Shown here piece by piece: positions 17,110 through 27,459 of a DNA stretch of 64,000 nucleotides. The position numbers and the translations under genes are program-made. Under the pieces are notes generated by a model. It was given only the letters and a program-made list of their open reading frames with translations, was not told the DNA's origin and searched no databases. Source of the stretch: an uncultured delta proteobacterium (lineage in GTDB: Bacteria > Myxococcota_A > Polyangia > Polyangiales > B10-G4); assembly GCA_963727445.1 (NCBI GenBank), contig CAVSGI010000027.1, forward strand, positions 288,001 through 352,000, given 5' to 3'. Positions within the stretch are counted from its first letter, which is position 1. Each line of letters begins with the position of its first letter.

Positions 17110-17848
17110 CTACTCGGCAGCGCTCACTTCGACCACGCTCGCGCTCGTCGCCCTTCGCGGAGCGTTCGCCCGATAGCCGACGCCCCGCACCGTCTCGATC
17201 ACCTCACCGGCCTCGCCCAGCTTCCGGCGGAGGCGCTTGACGGCGGTGTCGACGACCCGCGTCACCTCGTCCCCAGAGCGCTCCCACACGGTCTCGACCA
17301 GCGCCTGGCGGGAGTGCACCTCGCCGGGAGAGCTCAGCAGATGGTCGAGGAGCCGGAGCTCGAGGGGGGTCAGTGTGATGGGGTCACCGTCGACGCGCAC
17401 CTCGTGATTGTCGACGTCGATGGTGATCGATCCGAGGCGCTTTCGTGACGCCCGGCGGACGGAGGGACGCGCTCCCGGCACGCCGGAGAATCGCACGCAC
17501 TCTCAAGGAGAGCTCACGAAGGCTCAGAGGCTCGACCACGTAGTCGTCGACGCCGAGCTCGAAGGCCACCACGCGGTCGACCTCGTCATCGGTGTCACTG
17601 ATGAGGATGACTGGAAGGCGGCGGAAGCGGGCTTCGAAACGAAGCGCGCGCAGTACCTCGGTTGCGGTGCGACCGGAAAGGGACGATGCCACGAGCGCGA
17701 GCGCAGGCGACGCATCGAGTGCGCGCATCAGCTCCTCGTAGCTCTCGGCGACCTCGAGCTCGAAGCCTTCGCGCCTCAAGAAGTCCGCCAAACGCGCTGC
17801 TTCTTCGGCGTCCTCTTCTCCGAGGAGGATTCGATGCACGGGATGCAT
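17110..17848 (-). CDS. OmpR/PhoB family response regulator, split by an apparent +1 frameshift near 17442
   Basis: Receiver part (DRVVAFELGVDDYV...LRVRAILRR) in one frame and winged helix (LTPLELRLL, VDTAVKRLRRKLG, IETVRGVGYR) in the next. Confidence 0.85.
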
Positions 17849-17873
17849 GAGGAGATGAACCTGCCCGGCCTCT

Positions 17874-17891
17874 GTGACGCGGCGGTGACGC
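17874..17891 (-). promoter_or_regulatory. Pho-box-like 7-N4-7 direct repeat upstream of the PhoB-like gene
   Basis: Minus strand reads GCGTCAC-CGCC-GCGTCAC (11 nt period). Confidence 0.45.
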
Positions 17892-18032
17892 CAACGTTCC
17901 GTCGCAGCAAGCAGCACGCAAACTCGCGCGTCGCACGACCGGATCGCACGTGAGACCAACCGGACACCGCCCCGTCACATTCACGACCTATCAGTCACGC
18001 AGCGTCGCGAGTCGGCGCGCGGGTTCAGAATC

Positions 18033-18792
18033 ATGTTTGGCGACTTCACCTCAGGGTCGGATGGAGAAGCGAAGAAGCGCTTGGGCGCTTCAATCGTCGT
18101 CGCGGGCTTCGTGTTCGCTGGCGTCGCGGTGGCAGCGGTCGCGATGGCAGCCACACCCACCGCGGCGCCGCCCGAGCCGGAGGAGATCCCCATCGAGCTC
18201 CTTCCTCCCCCCGAGCCGGAGCCGGAGCCCGAGCCGGAGCCCGAAGTAGAACCGCCACCGACCCCGGCGCCCCCCGCGCCCAATCCGCATCGTCCGCGTG
18301 TGGCTCCACCCGAGATCGTCGAGCCGACGGAAGATCTCCGACGAAGACCTCGAGGAGTCCGATGGGGAGCTCGTGAACGAGGGAAGCAGCGGGGGCGGAG
18401 GGGGCCGCGGCCGTGGCGGACCCGCGCCCGAGCCGGAGCCCGAACCGGAGCCCGAGCCCGAGCCCGAGCCCCAGCGCCCGAGGCCGCCGCCGGGTCCGAT
18501 CCAGCTCCCCGAAAACGGGACGCCCGCCGCGCGTCTCGGCGAGCCCCCTGCGCTCGACTATCCAGAGGAAGCGCGTCGCGCTGGCATCCAGGGCCTGGTC
18601 CTCGTCCGATGCGCGATCCCGGTCAACGGTCACCCCCGGGACTGTCGGGCCCTCCGCGGCCCCGCCGAGCTTCGCGACGCCGCGATCTCCTGGGCTGAAC
18701 GAAACCGATTCACCGCCGCCGCGCTCGAGGACGGGACGCCCGTCGCGACGTGGAAGGTCCTCCCCGTCGTCTTCCGCCTCACCAACATCTGA
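18033..18792 (+). CDS. tonB: Energy transducer TonB, split by an apparent +1 frameshift near 18331
   Basis: N-terminal TM helix, (PE)n linkers, C-terminal YPEEARRAGIQGLVLV...LPVVFRL in the +1 frame. Confidence 0.85.
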
Positions 18793-18805
18793 AGGAGCAG
18801 TTCGA

Positions 18806-19573
18806 ATGGAAATCAACATCGTGGAAATGTGGTCGGAGATGGGCCTGCCGGTTCGGGCAGTCGTCATCATCCTGACTATTCAGGCCATCGGGTGCATCGC
18901 GGTCACCCTCGACCGCCTCTACCTCCTCTTGCGCTCGCGTGCACGCTCGCGCGCCTTCGCACAGGAGACCGCACCGCTCCTCGAAGCGGGGCATCTCGAC
19001 GAGGCGCTCGAGATCGCGGAGCAGTCGGGGCGGAGCCATCTCGCCTCCTTCATGCATCTCGGGATCAAGACCTTCCTCGAGCGTACCCGTGCCGGAGACG
19101 ATCCCGAGAAGGCCGCCGAGCGTACACGCCGCGCCCTCGATCGCCGCGGCGAGTCGCTCGCCGAGTCGCTCAACCGCGGCATGGGTGTCCTGGCCTCCAC
19201 TGGCTCGACCGCACCCTTCGTCGGGCTTCTCGGCACCGTCCTCGGCATCATCCACGCGTTCAAGATGATCGCCGCCGAGGGTCAGGGCGGCATCGGCACC
19301 ATCGGCGCCTCCATCGGTGAGGCACTGATCGTCACGGGTTACGGCCTGATGGTCGCCATCCCGACGGTGCTGGTCTTCAACTGGCTCACCAACAAGATCG
19401 CCGCCTTCGAGACGGGTCTGGTCAACGCCGCCGGCGAGCTGGTCGATCGCCTCGAGCAGGGTGACTTCGACGTCGCGCTCGTGGAAAACGCGCCCGTTCT
19501 TCGGGAGATCGTCATCGAGCCCGATGGACGCACTTCCGAATTGAAGTCGGTCAAGTCGGTCAAGGCGGCCTGA
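18806..19573 (+). CDS. exbB: MotA/TolQ/ExbB proton channel protein
   Basis: LASTGSTAPFVGLLGTVLGI, IGEALIVTGYGLMVAIP. Confidence 0.92.
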   Translation: MEINIVEMWSEMGLPVRAVVIILTIQAIGCIAVTLDRLYLLLRSRARSRAFAQETAPLLEAGHLDEALEIAEQSGRSHLASFMHLGIKTFLERTRAGDDPEKAAERTRRALDRRGESLAESLNRGMGVLASTGSTAPFVGLLGTVLGIIHAFKMIAAEGQGGIGTIGASIGEALIVTGYGLMVAIPTVLVFNWLTNKIAAFETGLVNAAGELVDRLEQGDFDVALVENAPVLREIVIEPDGRTSELKSVKSVKAA

Positions 19574-19583
19574 GGAGAGACCG

Positions 19584-20048
19584 ATGGCGAGCCTCGGCAG
19601 ACGCGGCAACAAGCGCGCAGCCCCCGTCATGAACGTCACGCCCCTCGTGGACGTGGTGCTCGTGCTGCTCATCATCTTCATGGTGGTGATCCCGGCGATG
19701 GAGGCCGGCGCCGAGGTCGAGCTCCCGACGATCGTCAACGTGGAGGCGGACGCCGAGGACGAGCCGGTGGTCATCTCCATCGAGTCGGGCGGGACCCTCT
19801 GGGTCGATGAAGACGTCGTCGCGCGCGACTCGCTCGAGAGCGCGCTTCGGACGGCGCACGACGCCGACCCCACGCGGCGCGTGGTGATCAAAGCCGACCG
19901 CGAGGCGCATTACGAGCACGCGCGCTTCGTCTTCGCGGCGAGCCGCACCATCGGATTCCCGAGCGTCGCTCTGCAGGTGAGCGAGAACGGCGGGGGCGCG
20001 AGCGAAGAGACGGACGAGGACCAGGATCAGGAGAGCCGAGGCCACTGA
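19584..20048 (+). CDS. exbD: ExbD/TolR family protein
   Basis: MNVTPLVDVVLVLLIIFMV, VVIKAD. Confidence 0.92.
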   Translation: MASLGRRGNKRAAPVMNVTPLVDVVLVLLIIFMVVIPAMEAGAEVELPTIVNVEADAEDEPVVISIESGGTLWVDEDVVARDSLESALRTAHDADPTRRVVIKADREAHYEHARFVFAASRTIGFPSVALQVSENGGGASEETDEDQDQESRGH

Positions 20049-20066
20049 GGCCGAAGGGAGATCGTC

Positions 20067-20498
20067 ATGGCGATGGACCTCGACACATCAGGCAAGGGCA
20101 AGCGGGGGAAGAAGCCCGAGATGAACGTCACGCCGCTCGTCGACGTGGTGCTCGTGCTCCTCATCATCTTCATGGTGATGACGCCCATGATGCTGAAGCA
20201 TTTCAGCGTCACCCTGCCCCCCGAGTCCGACGCGCCTCCCCCGGCCGACGCTCAGGCGCCCATCGTCTTGAGCGTCAGCAGTGATGGAACGATTCGGATC
20301 AACCGTGACGAGGTGAGCGCCGCGGAGCTGCCGAATCGACTCCGTCGCGTCCTCGCGGGTCGCGGCACACGCACGATCGTTTTCGACGCGCACGACGACG
20401 CGTCCTACGCAGAGGCGGTGGCTGCACTCGACCTCGCACGAAGCGCAGGAGCGACGCGGATAGCCGTCGCAACAGAGGCCCTCCCCGGCATCGACTGA
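20067..20498 (+). CDS. exbD: ExbD/TolR family protein (second copy)
   Basis: EMNVTPLVDVVLVLLIIFMVMTP. Confidence 0.92.
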   Translation: MAMDLDTSGKGKRGKKPEMNVTPLVDVVLVLLIIFMVMTPMMLKHFSVTLPPESDAPPPADAQAPIVLSVSSDGTIRINRDEVSAAELPNRLRRVLAGRGTRTIVFDAHDDASYAEAVAALDLARSAGATRIAVATEALPGID

Positions 20499-20517
20499 GA
20501 CCCCACGGAGAGACGAC

Positions 20518-23367
20518 GTGAGCACCGTCAGAACGACGAAGAATGGACCGGTCTATCTGCTGTTCGCCCTGGCAGCAGCCGCCGCGCCCGCGTCCGTCGC
20601 AGCGCAAGACGATCTCACCGAGGAAGAGCTGGCCGCGCTGATGGCCGAAGATCCGTCCCTCGCGGCGCTCATGTCTCGGCCGCAGCTCGAGACCGGCACC
20701 GGCGTCGTGGGTCGGGTGATGGCCGAGGACATCGACGCACCGGTCATCGAGGGCCAGGTGGTCGTCGTCGAAACCGACCAGCGGGTGCTCACCAACGTCG
20801 AGGGCTATTACGCGATCGACTTGCCGCCGGGCACCTACACGCTCCGCATCTTCTACCAGCTCTATCAGACGGCGCGGCTAGCGAACGTGATCGTACAGGC
20901 CGGCCAGGCCACCGAGGCCGACGTCACGCTGGCGCCCGATGGAGCGGCGACCGAAGAAGAGTTCGTGGTCGAGGCGCGCGCCGACACCAACACCGCGGCG
21001 ACCCAGCAGATGGTCCGCCGCCAGGCCACGGTGGTTCGCGACGCGATCAGCGCCGAGGAGATGAGCCGCACCACCGACAACGCCGCCGCGGGCGCAGCGC
21101 GGCGCGTGGTCGCGGTCACGGTCTACGACAACTTCCTCTACGTCCGCGGGCTCGGCGGCCGCTACACCACGGTGCTCCTGAACGGCTCTCCCCTGCCCCA
21201 ACTCGACCCGGCCGTTCCCGGCGTGCAGCTCGACCTCTTCCCCTCGCGCCTGCTCTCGAGCGTCTCGGTCATGAAGAGCTACTCGCCCTACCTGCCCGCG
21301 ACCTTCGCCGGCGGAACGATGCTCCTGCAGACCCGTGAGTACCCGGCGGAGTTCCAGGCGAACGCCACCATGTCCATCGGGGCCAACAGCCAGAGCACCT
21401 TCTCGATGGCCCCGAGCTACGCGGGCGGCAATACGGACTTCCTCGGCTTCGACGATGGGACGCGCGCGCTCCCCGCCGACGTCCCGACCGACGGCGCCCT
21501 CCGCGCCAGCGACACGCTCTCCCGCGACGAGCTCACCGCCATCGGCAGCTCCTTCCCGGGCAACCTCTCAGTGCATCCGAGCATGGTCTCCCCCGACCTC
21601 CGGCTCGGCCTGAACATCGGCGACACCCTCAGCCTCTTCGGCCACGACCTCGGCGTCTACGTCGCCGCCGGCTATCAGGTGAAGCACCGCGTGACGCACG
21701 AAACGGTCGGGAGCGTCCTCGACGTGAACGGCACGCAGGGCGACTCGATGACGCGCGTGGCGAACAACACCACCGTGCGCCTGAGCACCCTCGGCAGCCT
21801 CTCCCTCGAGCTCGCCCGCGGACACGACATCACCTACACGGGCTTCTTCAACCAGTCCGCCGACGACTACGCGGCGATGCAGCAGGGGTATCAGGAGGAG
21901 CGCGACGACCAGATCCGCCGCACCCGCCAGCGCTTTCGCCAGCGCACGATCTTCTTCAACCAGCTCGACGGGCACCACGAGCTCTCCCGCGACGGTCCCA
22001 GCTTCGATTGGCTTCTGAACGCGACCTACGGCCGCATGTACGAGCCCGACACGCGCGACGTGATGTATCAGCAATCGAGCGAGCAGCGTTACTCCTGGGT
22101 CGACCGGCTCCCCATCGACGGGCAGCGCCTCTACACCAACCTCGACGAGCTGCGCTTCCGCGGCGCAGCCGATCTGACCATCCCCATCAGCGACTACGCC
22201 CTGAAGATGGGCGCGAACATCCTGCACTCCGGCAGCGACTACGACATTCGCCGCTTCGACTACGCGGCGCGGCGGCGCGCCGCGGCAGGCGCTTTCGACC
22301 TCCCCCCCAGCCAACTCTTCGCCTCGTCGATGAGCGGCGCCGCCTGGACGCTCCAGGAAACCACCAACGAAAACGACAGCTTCGTCGGCACCGAGGACAC
22401 CTACGCGGCCTACGCCATGGTCCAGGGCGAGGCCACGAGCTGGCTGCGCGGCGAGGCCGGTTTCCGCACCGAAGCCTTCCGACAGACCATCACCCCCAGC
22501 TCCCCCTTCGCCGCCCCGACCAGCGAAGACGACAAGCCGGCGTTCACCGCGCGCACCGACGTCGACGTCCTGCCCGCCGCCAACATCGTCTTTCAGCTCA
22601 GCGACGACATGTTCGTGCGCACCGGCTACAGCGCCACCGTCGCGCGCCCTCGCCTTCGTGAGCTGTCGGGTTCCGTCTTCGTCGACTTCCAGCGCAACCG
22701 GACGCTCTATGGCAATCCCGATACTCGACGGACACTGATCCACAGCGTCGACCTTCGTTGGGAGCTCTTCCCATCGAATTTGGAAGTGATCGCGGTGTCC
22801 GGCTTCGTGAAGGTCTTCGAGGATCCGATCGAGATGGTGATCCTCGATCGCAACCGCACCGTTTCATTCACCAACGTCGCGGGAGCACAGAATGTGGGCG
22901 CCGAGTTCGAAGCACGTCTCTCTCTCGGCCACCTCGCGGACGCACTCTCCATGTTCTGGCTCGGCGGCAACTTCACCATCATGCAATCGCAGGTCACCCT
23001 GACCCCGGCGCAGGCGTCCGTCGCAACGACGACCTCGCGGCCCCTCGCGGGTCAGTCGCCGTGGATGGCGAACGCGAACTTCGGCATCCAGCCGCCCGAC
23101 GGAAGCCTCGCTGTCTACGTGAACTACAACGTGTACGGCCCGCGCATCGACGAGGTCGGCGCGGCCGGCATCCCCGACACCTACGAGAAGCCCTTCCACT
23201 CTCTCGAGCTCACGGCGCGCTGGAACATCCTGCCGACGATGAGCCTCCGGGCGACGGTGTCCAACCTCCTCTACTCCTCCCGGCGCTTCGAAGCGGGGGG
23301 TTTGACCGTGCGGTCGTGGAACCCGGGTGTTTCCGGGAGCCTGGGGCTGACGTGGTCGACGAATTGA
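20518..23367 (+). CDS. TonB-dependent receptor with N-terminal carboxypeptidase-regulatory-like domain
   Basis: Plug motif YVRGLGGRYTTVLLNG, LDLFPS; barrel motifs TVARPRLREL, GNPD, DLRWELFP, RPLAGQSP. Confidence 0.9.
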   Translation: MSTVRTTKNGPVYLLFALAAAAAPASVAAQDDLTEEELAALMAEDPSLAALMSRPQLETGTGVVGRVMAEDIDAPVIEGQVVVVETDQRVLTNVEGYYAIDLPPGTYTLRIFYQLYQTARLANVIVQAGQATEADVTLAPDGAATEEEFVVEARADTNTAATQQMVRRQATVVRDAISAEEMSRTTDNAAAGAARRVVAVTVYDNFLYVRGLGGRYTTVLLNGSPLPQLDPAVPGVQLDLFPSRLLSSVSVMKSYSPYLPATFAGGTMLLQTREYPAEFQANATMSIGANSQSTFSMAPSYAGGNTDFLGFDDGTRALPADVPTDGALRASDTLSRDELTAIGSSFPGNLSVHPSMVSPDLRLGLNIGDTLSLFGHDLGVYVAAGYQVKHRVTHETVGSVLDVNGTQGDSMTRVANNTTVRLSTLGSLSLELARGHDITYTGFFNQSADDYAAMQQGYQEERDDQIRRTRQRFRQRTIFFNQLDGHHELSRDGPSFDWLLNATYGRMYEPDTRDVMYQQSSEQRYSWVDRLPIDGQRLYTNLDELRFRGAADLTIPISDYALKMGANILHSGSDYDIRRFDYAARRRAAAGAFDLPPSQLFASSMSGAAWTLQETTNENDSFVGTEDTYAAYAMVQGEATSWLRGEAGFRTEAFRQTITPSSPFAAPTSEDDKPAFTARTDVDVLPAANIVFQLSDDMFVRTGYSATVARPRLRELSGSVFVDFQRNRTLYGNPDTRRTLIHSVDLRWELFPSNLEVIAVSGFVKVFEDPIEMVILDRNRTVSFTNVAGAQNVGAEFEARLSLGHLADALSMFWLGGNFTIMQSQVTLTPAQASVATTTSRPLAGQSPWMANANFGIQPPDGSLAVYVNYNVYGPRIDEVGAAGIPDTYEKPFHSLELTARWNILPTMSLRATVSNLLYSSRRFEAGGLTVRSWNPGVSGSLGLTWSTN

Positions 23368-23396
23368 CGCGGCGACGCCGCAAAGGGTGAATCGAA

Positions 23397-24764
23397 ATGA
23401 ACGCACGAAACTACATGAGCTTTGCGACCATCCTCCTCGCGATGGGTGGGTCCGGCTGCGGGGGCGACGACTCCACGATCACTCCGCCGGTCGACAGCGG
23501 AACCGGCTCCGACACCGGCACCACCAGCGACACCGGCACGTCGCCCGCGGGCTGCCCGGCGCTAGGTGACCGAACGGTGGTCAGTGTCGACTCCGACATC
23601 ACCGCCGACACCACCTGGACCTGCGACAACCTCTACCAGCTCGACGCCGCGATCTACGTAACGGCCGGCACGCTCAGCATCCAGCCCGGCGTGGTGGTCC
23701 AGGGCACGAGCGGTCAGAACGCGCTCATCGTCACCACCGGCGGCAAGATCGATGCGCAGGGCACCGCCGAAGAGCCGATCGTCTTCACCTCCGCGGGCCC
23801 CGAAGGGACACGCACGCCCGGTGACTGGGGCGGCGTCGTCCTCCTCGGCAACGCGCCCATCAACGTCGCCGGCGGCACCAACAACATCGAGGGCCTCGAG
23901 CCCACCGAGATGCGCGGCCGTTACGGCGGCACCGATAGCGCACACGACTGCGGCACCATGCGCTATGTCCGTATCGAGTTCGCCGGCTTCCTCTTCGGTG
24001 AGGACAACGAGCTCAACGGCCTGACGGTCGGCGGCTGCGGCAGCGACACCGAGCTCGACTACATCCACGTCCACCTCGGCTTCGACGACGGCGTCGAGTT
24101 CTTCGGCGGCACCTCGGACATCAAGCACCTCGTGGTGAGCCAGGTCGGCGACGACGGCCTCGACTGGGATCAGGGCTGGTCCGGCCGCGCCCAGTTCGTC
24201 ATCTGCCAGCAGGACAACGCCGGCGAGCGCTGCATCGAGGCGGACAACCTGCAGGAGGACAACGACGCCATGCCCCGCTCGAACCCGACGGTCTACAACT
24301 ACACCTTCGTCGGCGACAACCAGCCGGAGCAGCAGGGCATGCGCCTGCGCCGCGGCACCGCGGGTATCCTCCACAACGGCGTGGTGATGAACTTCAGCCA
24401 GCAGGACTGCATCCGCGTGGACGCCTCGGCGACCATCGATCAGGCCAACAGCGGCGCGCTCGTCGTGGGCGACACCATCCTCGACGGCTGCCCCTCCTAC
24501 TTCGCCTTCACCCCCGACGATGGCGACACCACCACCATGTTCACCGGCGACTGGGACGCGCTGAACGTCACCGGCATGGACCCGATGCTCACCAATCCCC
24601 TGAACCTCGACACGCCGAGCTTCGCCCCGATGGACGGCTCGCCCGTCGGGACCATGGGCACGATGCCTCCCTCGGGCTTCTTCGAGCCGGCCGAATACGC
24701 CGGTGCGATCGACCCGGCGGGCGAGGACTGGACCGCCGGCTGGACCTCCTACCCGGCCGACTGA
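23397..24764 (+). CDS. Acidic lipoprotein, probable beta-helix fold, TonB-receptor associated
   Basis: Lipobox-like GSGC; AEEPIVFTS, GDWGGVVLLG, RYVRIEFAG, DDGVEFFGG, DDGLDWDQGW, EADN, WTAGWT. Confidence 0.75.
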   Translation: MNARNYMSFATILLAMGGSGCGGDDSTITPPVDSGTGSDTGTTSDTGTSPAGCPALGDRTVVSVDSDITADTTWTCDNLYQLDAAIYVTAGTLSIQPGVVVQGTSGQNALIVTTGGKIDAQGTAEEPIVFTSAGPEGTRTPGDWGGVVLLGNAPINVAGGTNNIEGLEPTEMRGRYGGTDSAHDCGTMRYVRIEFAGFLFGEDNELNGLTVGGCGSDTELDYIHVHLGFDDGVEFFGGTSDIKHLVVSQVGDDGLDWDQGWSGRAQFVICQQDNAGERCIEADNLQEDNDAMPRSNPTVYNYTFVGDNQPEQQGMRLRRGTAGILHNGVVMNFSQQDCIRVDASATIDQANSGALVVGDTILDGCPSYFAFTPDDGDTTTMFTGDWDALNVTGMDPMLTNPLNLDTPSFAPMDGSPVGTMGTMPPSGFFEPAEYAGAIDPAGEDWTAGWTSYPAD

Positions 24765-24812
24765 GACAGGCAACGCAGGCGAGACGAAGGCAAGCCTCGC
24801 CCGCGAAGCCGG

Positions 24813-24908
24813 GGGGACGCTAGATTGACAATTGACTTTCGCCCCCAACGGCTGCCCGTCTCGGCAGCCGCCCTCCCTGCGAAAGTCAATTGTCAATCTA
24901 GCGTCCCC
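24813..24908. repeat. MITE/REP-like element with 30 bp perfect terminal inverted repeats
   Basis: GGGGACGCTAGATTGACAATTGACTTTCGC (24813-24842) and its exact reverse complement (24879-24908); internal hairpin CGGCTGCC/GGCAGCCG. Confidence 0.85.
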
Positions 24909-24964
24909 GTCACCGCGGGAGCGGGCCATCCCGTTTGCTTTCCGTCTCCGTCTATACTCGCCGA

Positions 24965-27337
24965 GTGACACGCTCTTCTGTCGCCCTCTTCCTGCTCTTG
25001 TCCCTCGCCGCCTGCGATTGCTCCAATCCGCCCGGTGCCGGCGACGCGGGTGACGGCGGAGACGCCGGTGATGCCGGAGGCGACGCGAGCGACTCCTCGC
25101 CCGCCGACTCGTCGACGGACGGCCCCGGGCCCGATGCGGGCGACTCGGGCGCGTGCAGCCCCGCCTGCACCGGCACCATGCGCTGCCGCTTCGGCACCTG
25201 CGTCCCCGACCTCGGGACCTGCACCACCTACGACGACTGCCCCGGCGATTCGTACTGCAGCGCCGACGGCGAGTGCCTGCCCTACGGCGTGCCGCCGGAC
25301 GTGATCAACGACCCCGACTGCCAGCGCTCCGACGTCCTCGAGGACGTCCTGCCCACGCTCCAGTGCGAATGGACCGCGCCCGACGCGGGCGATCCCAACC
25401 CCGCCTCGGCGATGATCTACACGGCGCCCATCGTCGCGGACCTGAACCTCGATGAGGATCCCGGGCGTCTTCAGCCGTCGATCATCGCGACGACCTGGTA
25501 TCAGGACTCGTCGCTCTCGGCGCGCATCGGCACCCTGCGTGTCTTCGACGGACGCACCTGTGAAGAGCAGCTGTCGTTCGGCGGCGCGGGCGAGCCAGAC
25601 GATTCGAACCGCCCCGGCTACGGCACGCAGTGGGCGGTGATCGACCTCGACGGCGATGTGCCGAGCGGCGGACGGCCCGAGCTCGTGGGTCTTCACCGCA
25701 CGAGCGGCTCGGGCAACGGGGTACCGCTCAACCTCTATGCCGTCGGCATCACGGTCAGCGGCGGCGTCCCCAGCGCGAGCCGCCTGTGGTACGGGCGCGA
25801 CTGCACCACCGATACGCCCATCGACTTCGCGACGAACAGCGCGAACTTCGGCCCGGGCGTCTTCGACCTCGACGACGACGGCGATCCCGAGATCCTGATC
25901 GGCACCATGGTCTTCGACCACGAGGGGTGCCTCCAGAACGCCTTCGAAGAGGTCACCTATATCACCCACGGCCAGATGAACACCGCGGCCGACGTGGACC
26001 TCGACGGACGCGTCGAGCTGATCACCGGCACGCGCATCGCCGAGTGGGATCCCGCCACCACCGAGTGGGTGGACGAGAGCTACTTCACGGCCGACCCAGC
26101 GTCGCGCACCGGGCACGTCGCGGTGGCGGACCTGGGCCAGTACTCGGCGCTCCCCGGCATGCCGACGCCGAACAATCTGCCGGAGATCATCATCGTCTCC
26201 GCCGAGACCAACGACTACGACCCGAGCACCACCGGCACGATTCGCGTGCACAGCCTCGACGGGACGCTGATCTTCGGGCCCATCGAGCTGCACCACTCCG
26301 TCGGCGTGGAGGGCGGACACGGCGGAGCGCCAACGGCGAGCGACTTCGACGGCGACGGACAGGTGGAGTTCGCCGCCGCGGCGAACGAGTTCTACACGGT
26401 CTACGATCCCGACTGCGACGCCACGCCGGCGGTGGAGCTCGCCGAGCGCCCGGGCGGCACCTGCGCCCGGTCCGCGACGATGACCGGGCTGCCCGAGGGC
26501 GTGCTCTGGGCGCAGCCCTCCCTCGACTTCTCCTCGAGCGGCACCGGGTCGAGCGTCTTCGACTTCAACGGCGACGGGCGCGCCGAAGCGGTCTACGGCG
26601 ACGAGTGCTATCTGCGCGTCTACGACGGCGCCGACGGCACCGTCCTCTTCAGCTCCCCGGCGTCGAGCGGCACCGGCTTCGAGCTGCCTGTCATCGCGGA
26701 CGTGGACGGCGACTTCGCGACCGAGATCGTCGCCGCGCGCACGCTCAAGACCGGCTGCCCGTCGATGGATCCCATCTTCAGCGGCGGCGATCCCTTCGTA
26801 CAGAAGAACGGCTTCATGATCCTGCGCGACCCCGAGGACCGATGGGCGTCGTCGCGCCCCATCTGGAACCAGCACGCCTACTCGGTCACCCACGTCACCG
26901 ACGATGGGCAGGTGGTGCGCACCAGCAGCTGGGATCAGAACTGGACGGTGGAGGGCCTGAACAACTTCCGCCAGAACGTCCAGGGCGACCTCGGCGTCCT
27001 CAACATCGCAGACCTCACCGTGGTCTTCTTCGAGGTCGACCGCATCTGCGATGCGACCCTGCCCGCCGACCTCGACCTCTCCGCCCGCGTCTGCAACCGC
27101 GGCACCAACCCCGTCGGCGACGGCGTCACCGTGCGCTTCAGCGAGCTGGGCTCCCTGGTCTGCGAGACCGTCACCACCCGCCTGCTCGCGCCCGGCGAGT
27201 GCGAGGAGATCGGCTGCAGCGGCACGGTCACCTCCGCCGACGACCTGCTGGTCACCGTCGACCCCGACGACGAGGTCGCGGACTGCCACCCCGGCAACGA
27301 CGAAGGCGCCCCCGCCGCCGCCTTCTGCCTGATTTGA
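24965..27337 (+). CDS. FG-GAP/VCBS-repeat lipoprotein with Cys-rich N-terminus and CARDB-like C-terminus
   Basis: Lipobox LAAC; repeated DLDGD/DFDGDG/DFNGDG/DVDGD motifs; RPIWNQHAYSVT; VCNRGT. Confidence 0.82.
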   Translation: MTRSSVALFLLLSLAACDCSNPPGAGDAGDGGDAGDAGGDASDSSPADSSTDGPGPDAGDSGACSPACTGTMRCRFGTCVPDLGTCTTYDDCPGDSYCSADGECLPYGVPPDVINDPDCQRSDVLEDVLPTLQCEWTAPDAGDPNPASAMIYTAPIVADLNLDEDPGRLQPSIIATTWYQDSSLSARIGTLRVFDGRTCEEQLSFGGAGEPDDSNRPGYGTQWAVIDLDGDVPSGGRPELVGLHRTSGSGNGVPLNLYAVGITVSGGVPSASRLWYGRDCTTDTPIDFATNSANFGPGVFDLDDDGDPEILIGTMVFDHEGCLQNAFEEVTYITHGQMNTAADVDLDGRVELITGTRIAEWDPATTEWVDESYFTADPASRTGHVAVADLGQYSALPGMPTPNNLPEIIIVSAETNDYDPSTTGTIRVHSLDGTLIFGPIELHHSVGVEGGHGGAPTASDFDGDGQVEFAAAANEFYTVYDPDCDATPAVELAERPGGTCARSATMTGLPEGVLWAQPSLDFSSSGTGSSVFDFNGDGRAEAVYGDECYLRVYDGADGTVLFSSPASSGTGFELPVIADVDGDFATEIVAARTLKTGCPSMDPIFSGGDPFVQKNGFMILRDPEDRWASSRPIWNQHAYSVTHVTDDGQVVRTSSWDQNWTVEGLNNFRQNVQGDLGVLNIADLTVVFFEVDRICDATLPADLDLSARVCNRGTNPVGDGVTVRFSELGSLVCETVTTRLLAPGECEEIGCSGTVTSADDLLVTVDPDDEVADCHPGNDEGAPAAAFCLI

Positions 27338-27427
27338 TATCGACCCGCCCACCCTCCCCGAGGGGACACCCCTCGGGAGCACCCCGCGGCGCCTCGCTGT
27401 CGCTCGACGCCGGCTCGCTCCGCTCGC
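27337..27427 (+). repeat. REP-like intergenic element, copy 1 (related to 38621-38721)
   Basis: ATATCGACCC...CCTCCCCGAGGGG...CCCTCGG...CCTCGCT(G)TCGCTCG...GCTCGC shared with 38621-38721. Confidence 0.65.
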
Positions 27428-27459
27428 ATTTCACGGGGTGACAGCGAGGGTGACGGACC

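Noticed and set aside
18180..18480. GAGCC(G/C) hexamer repeats
   Set aside because: They encode the ordinary (PE)n linker of TonB
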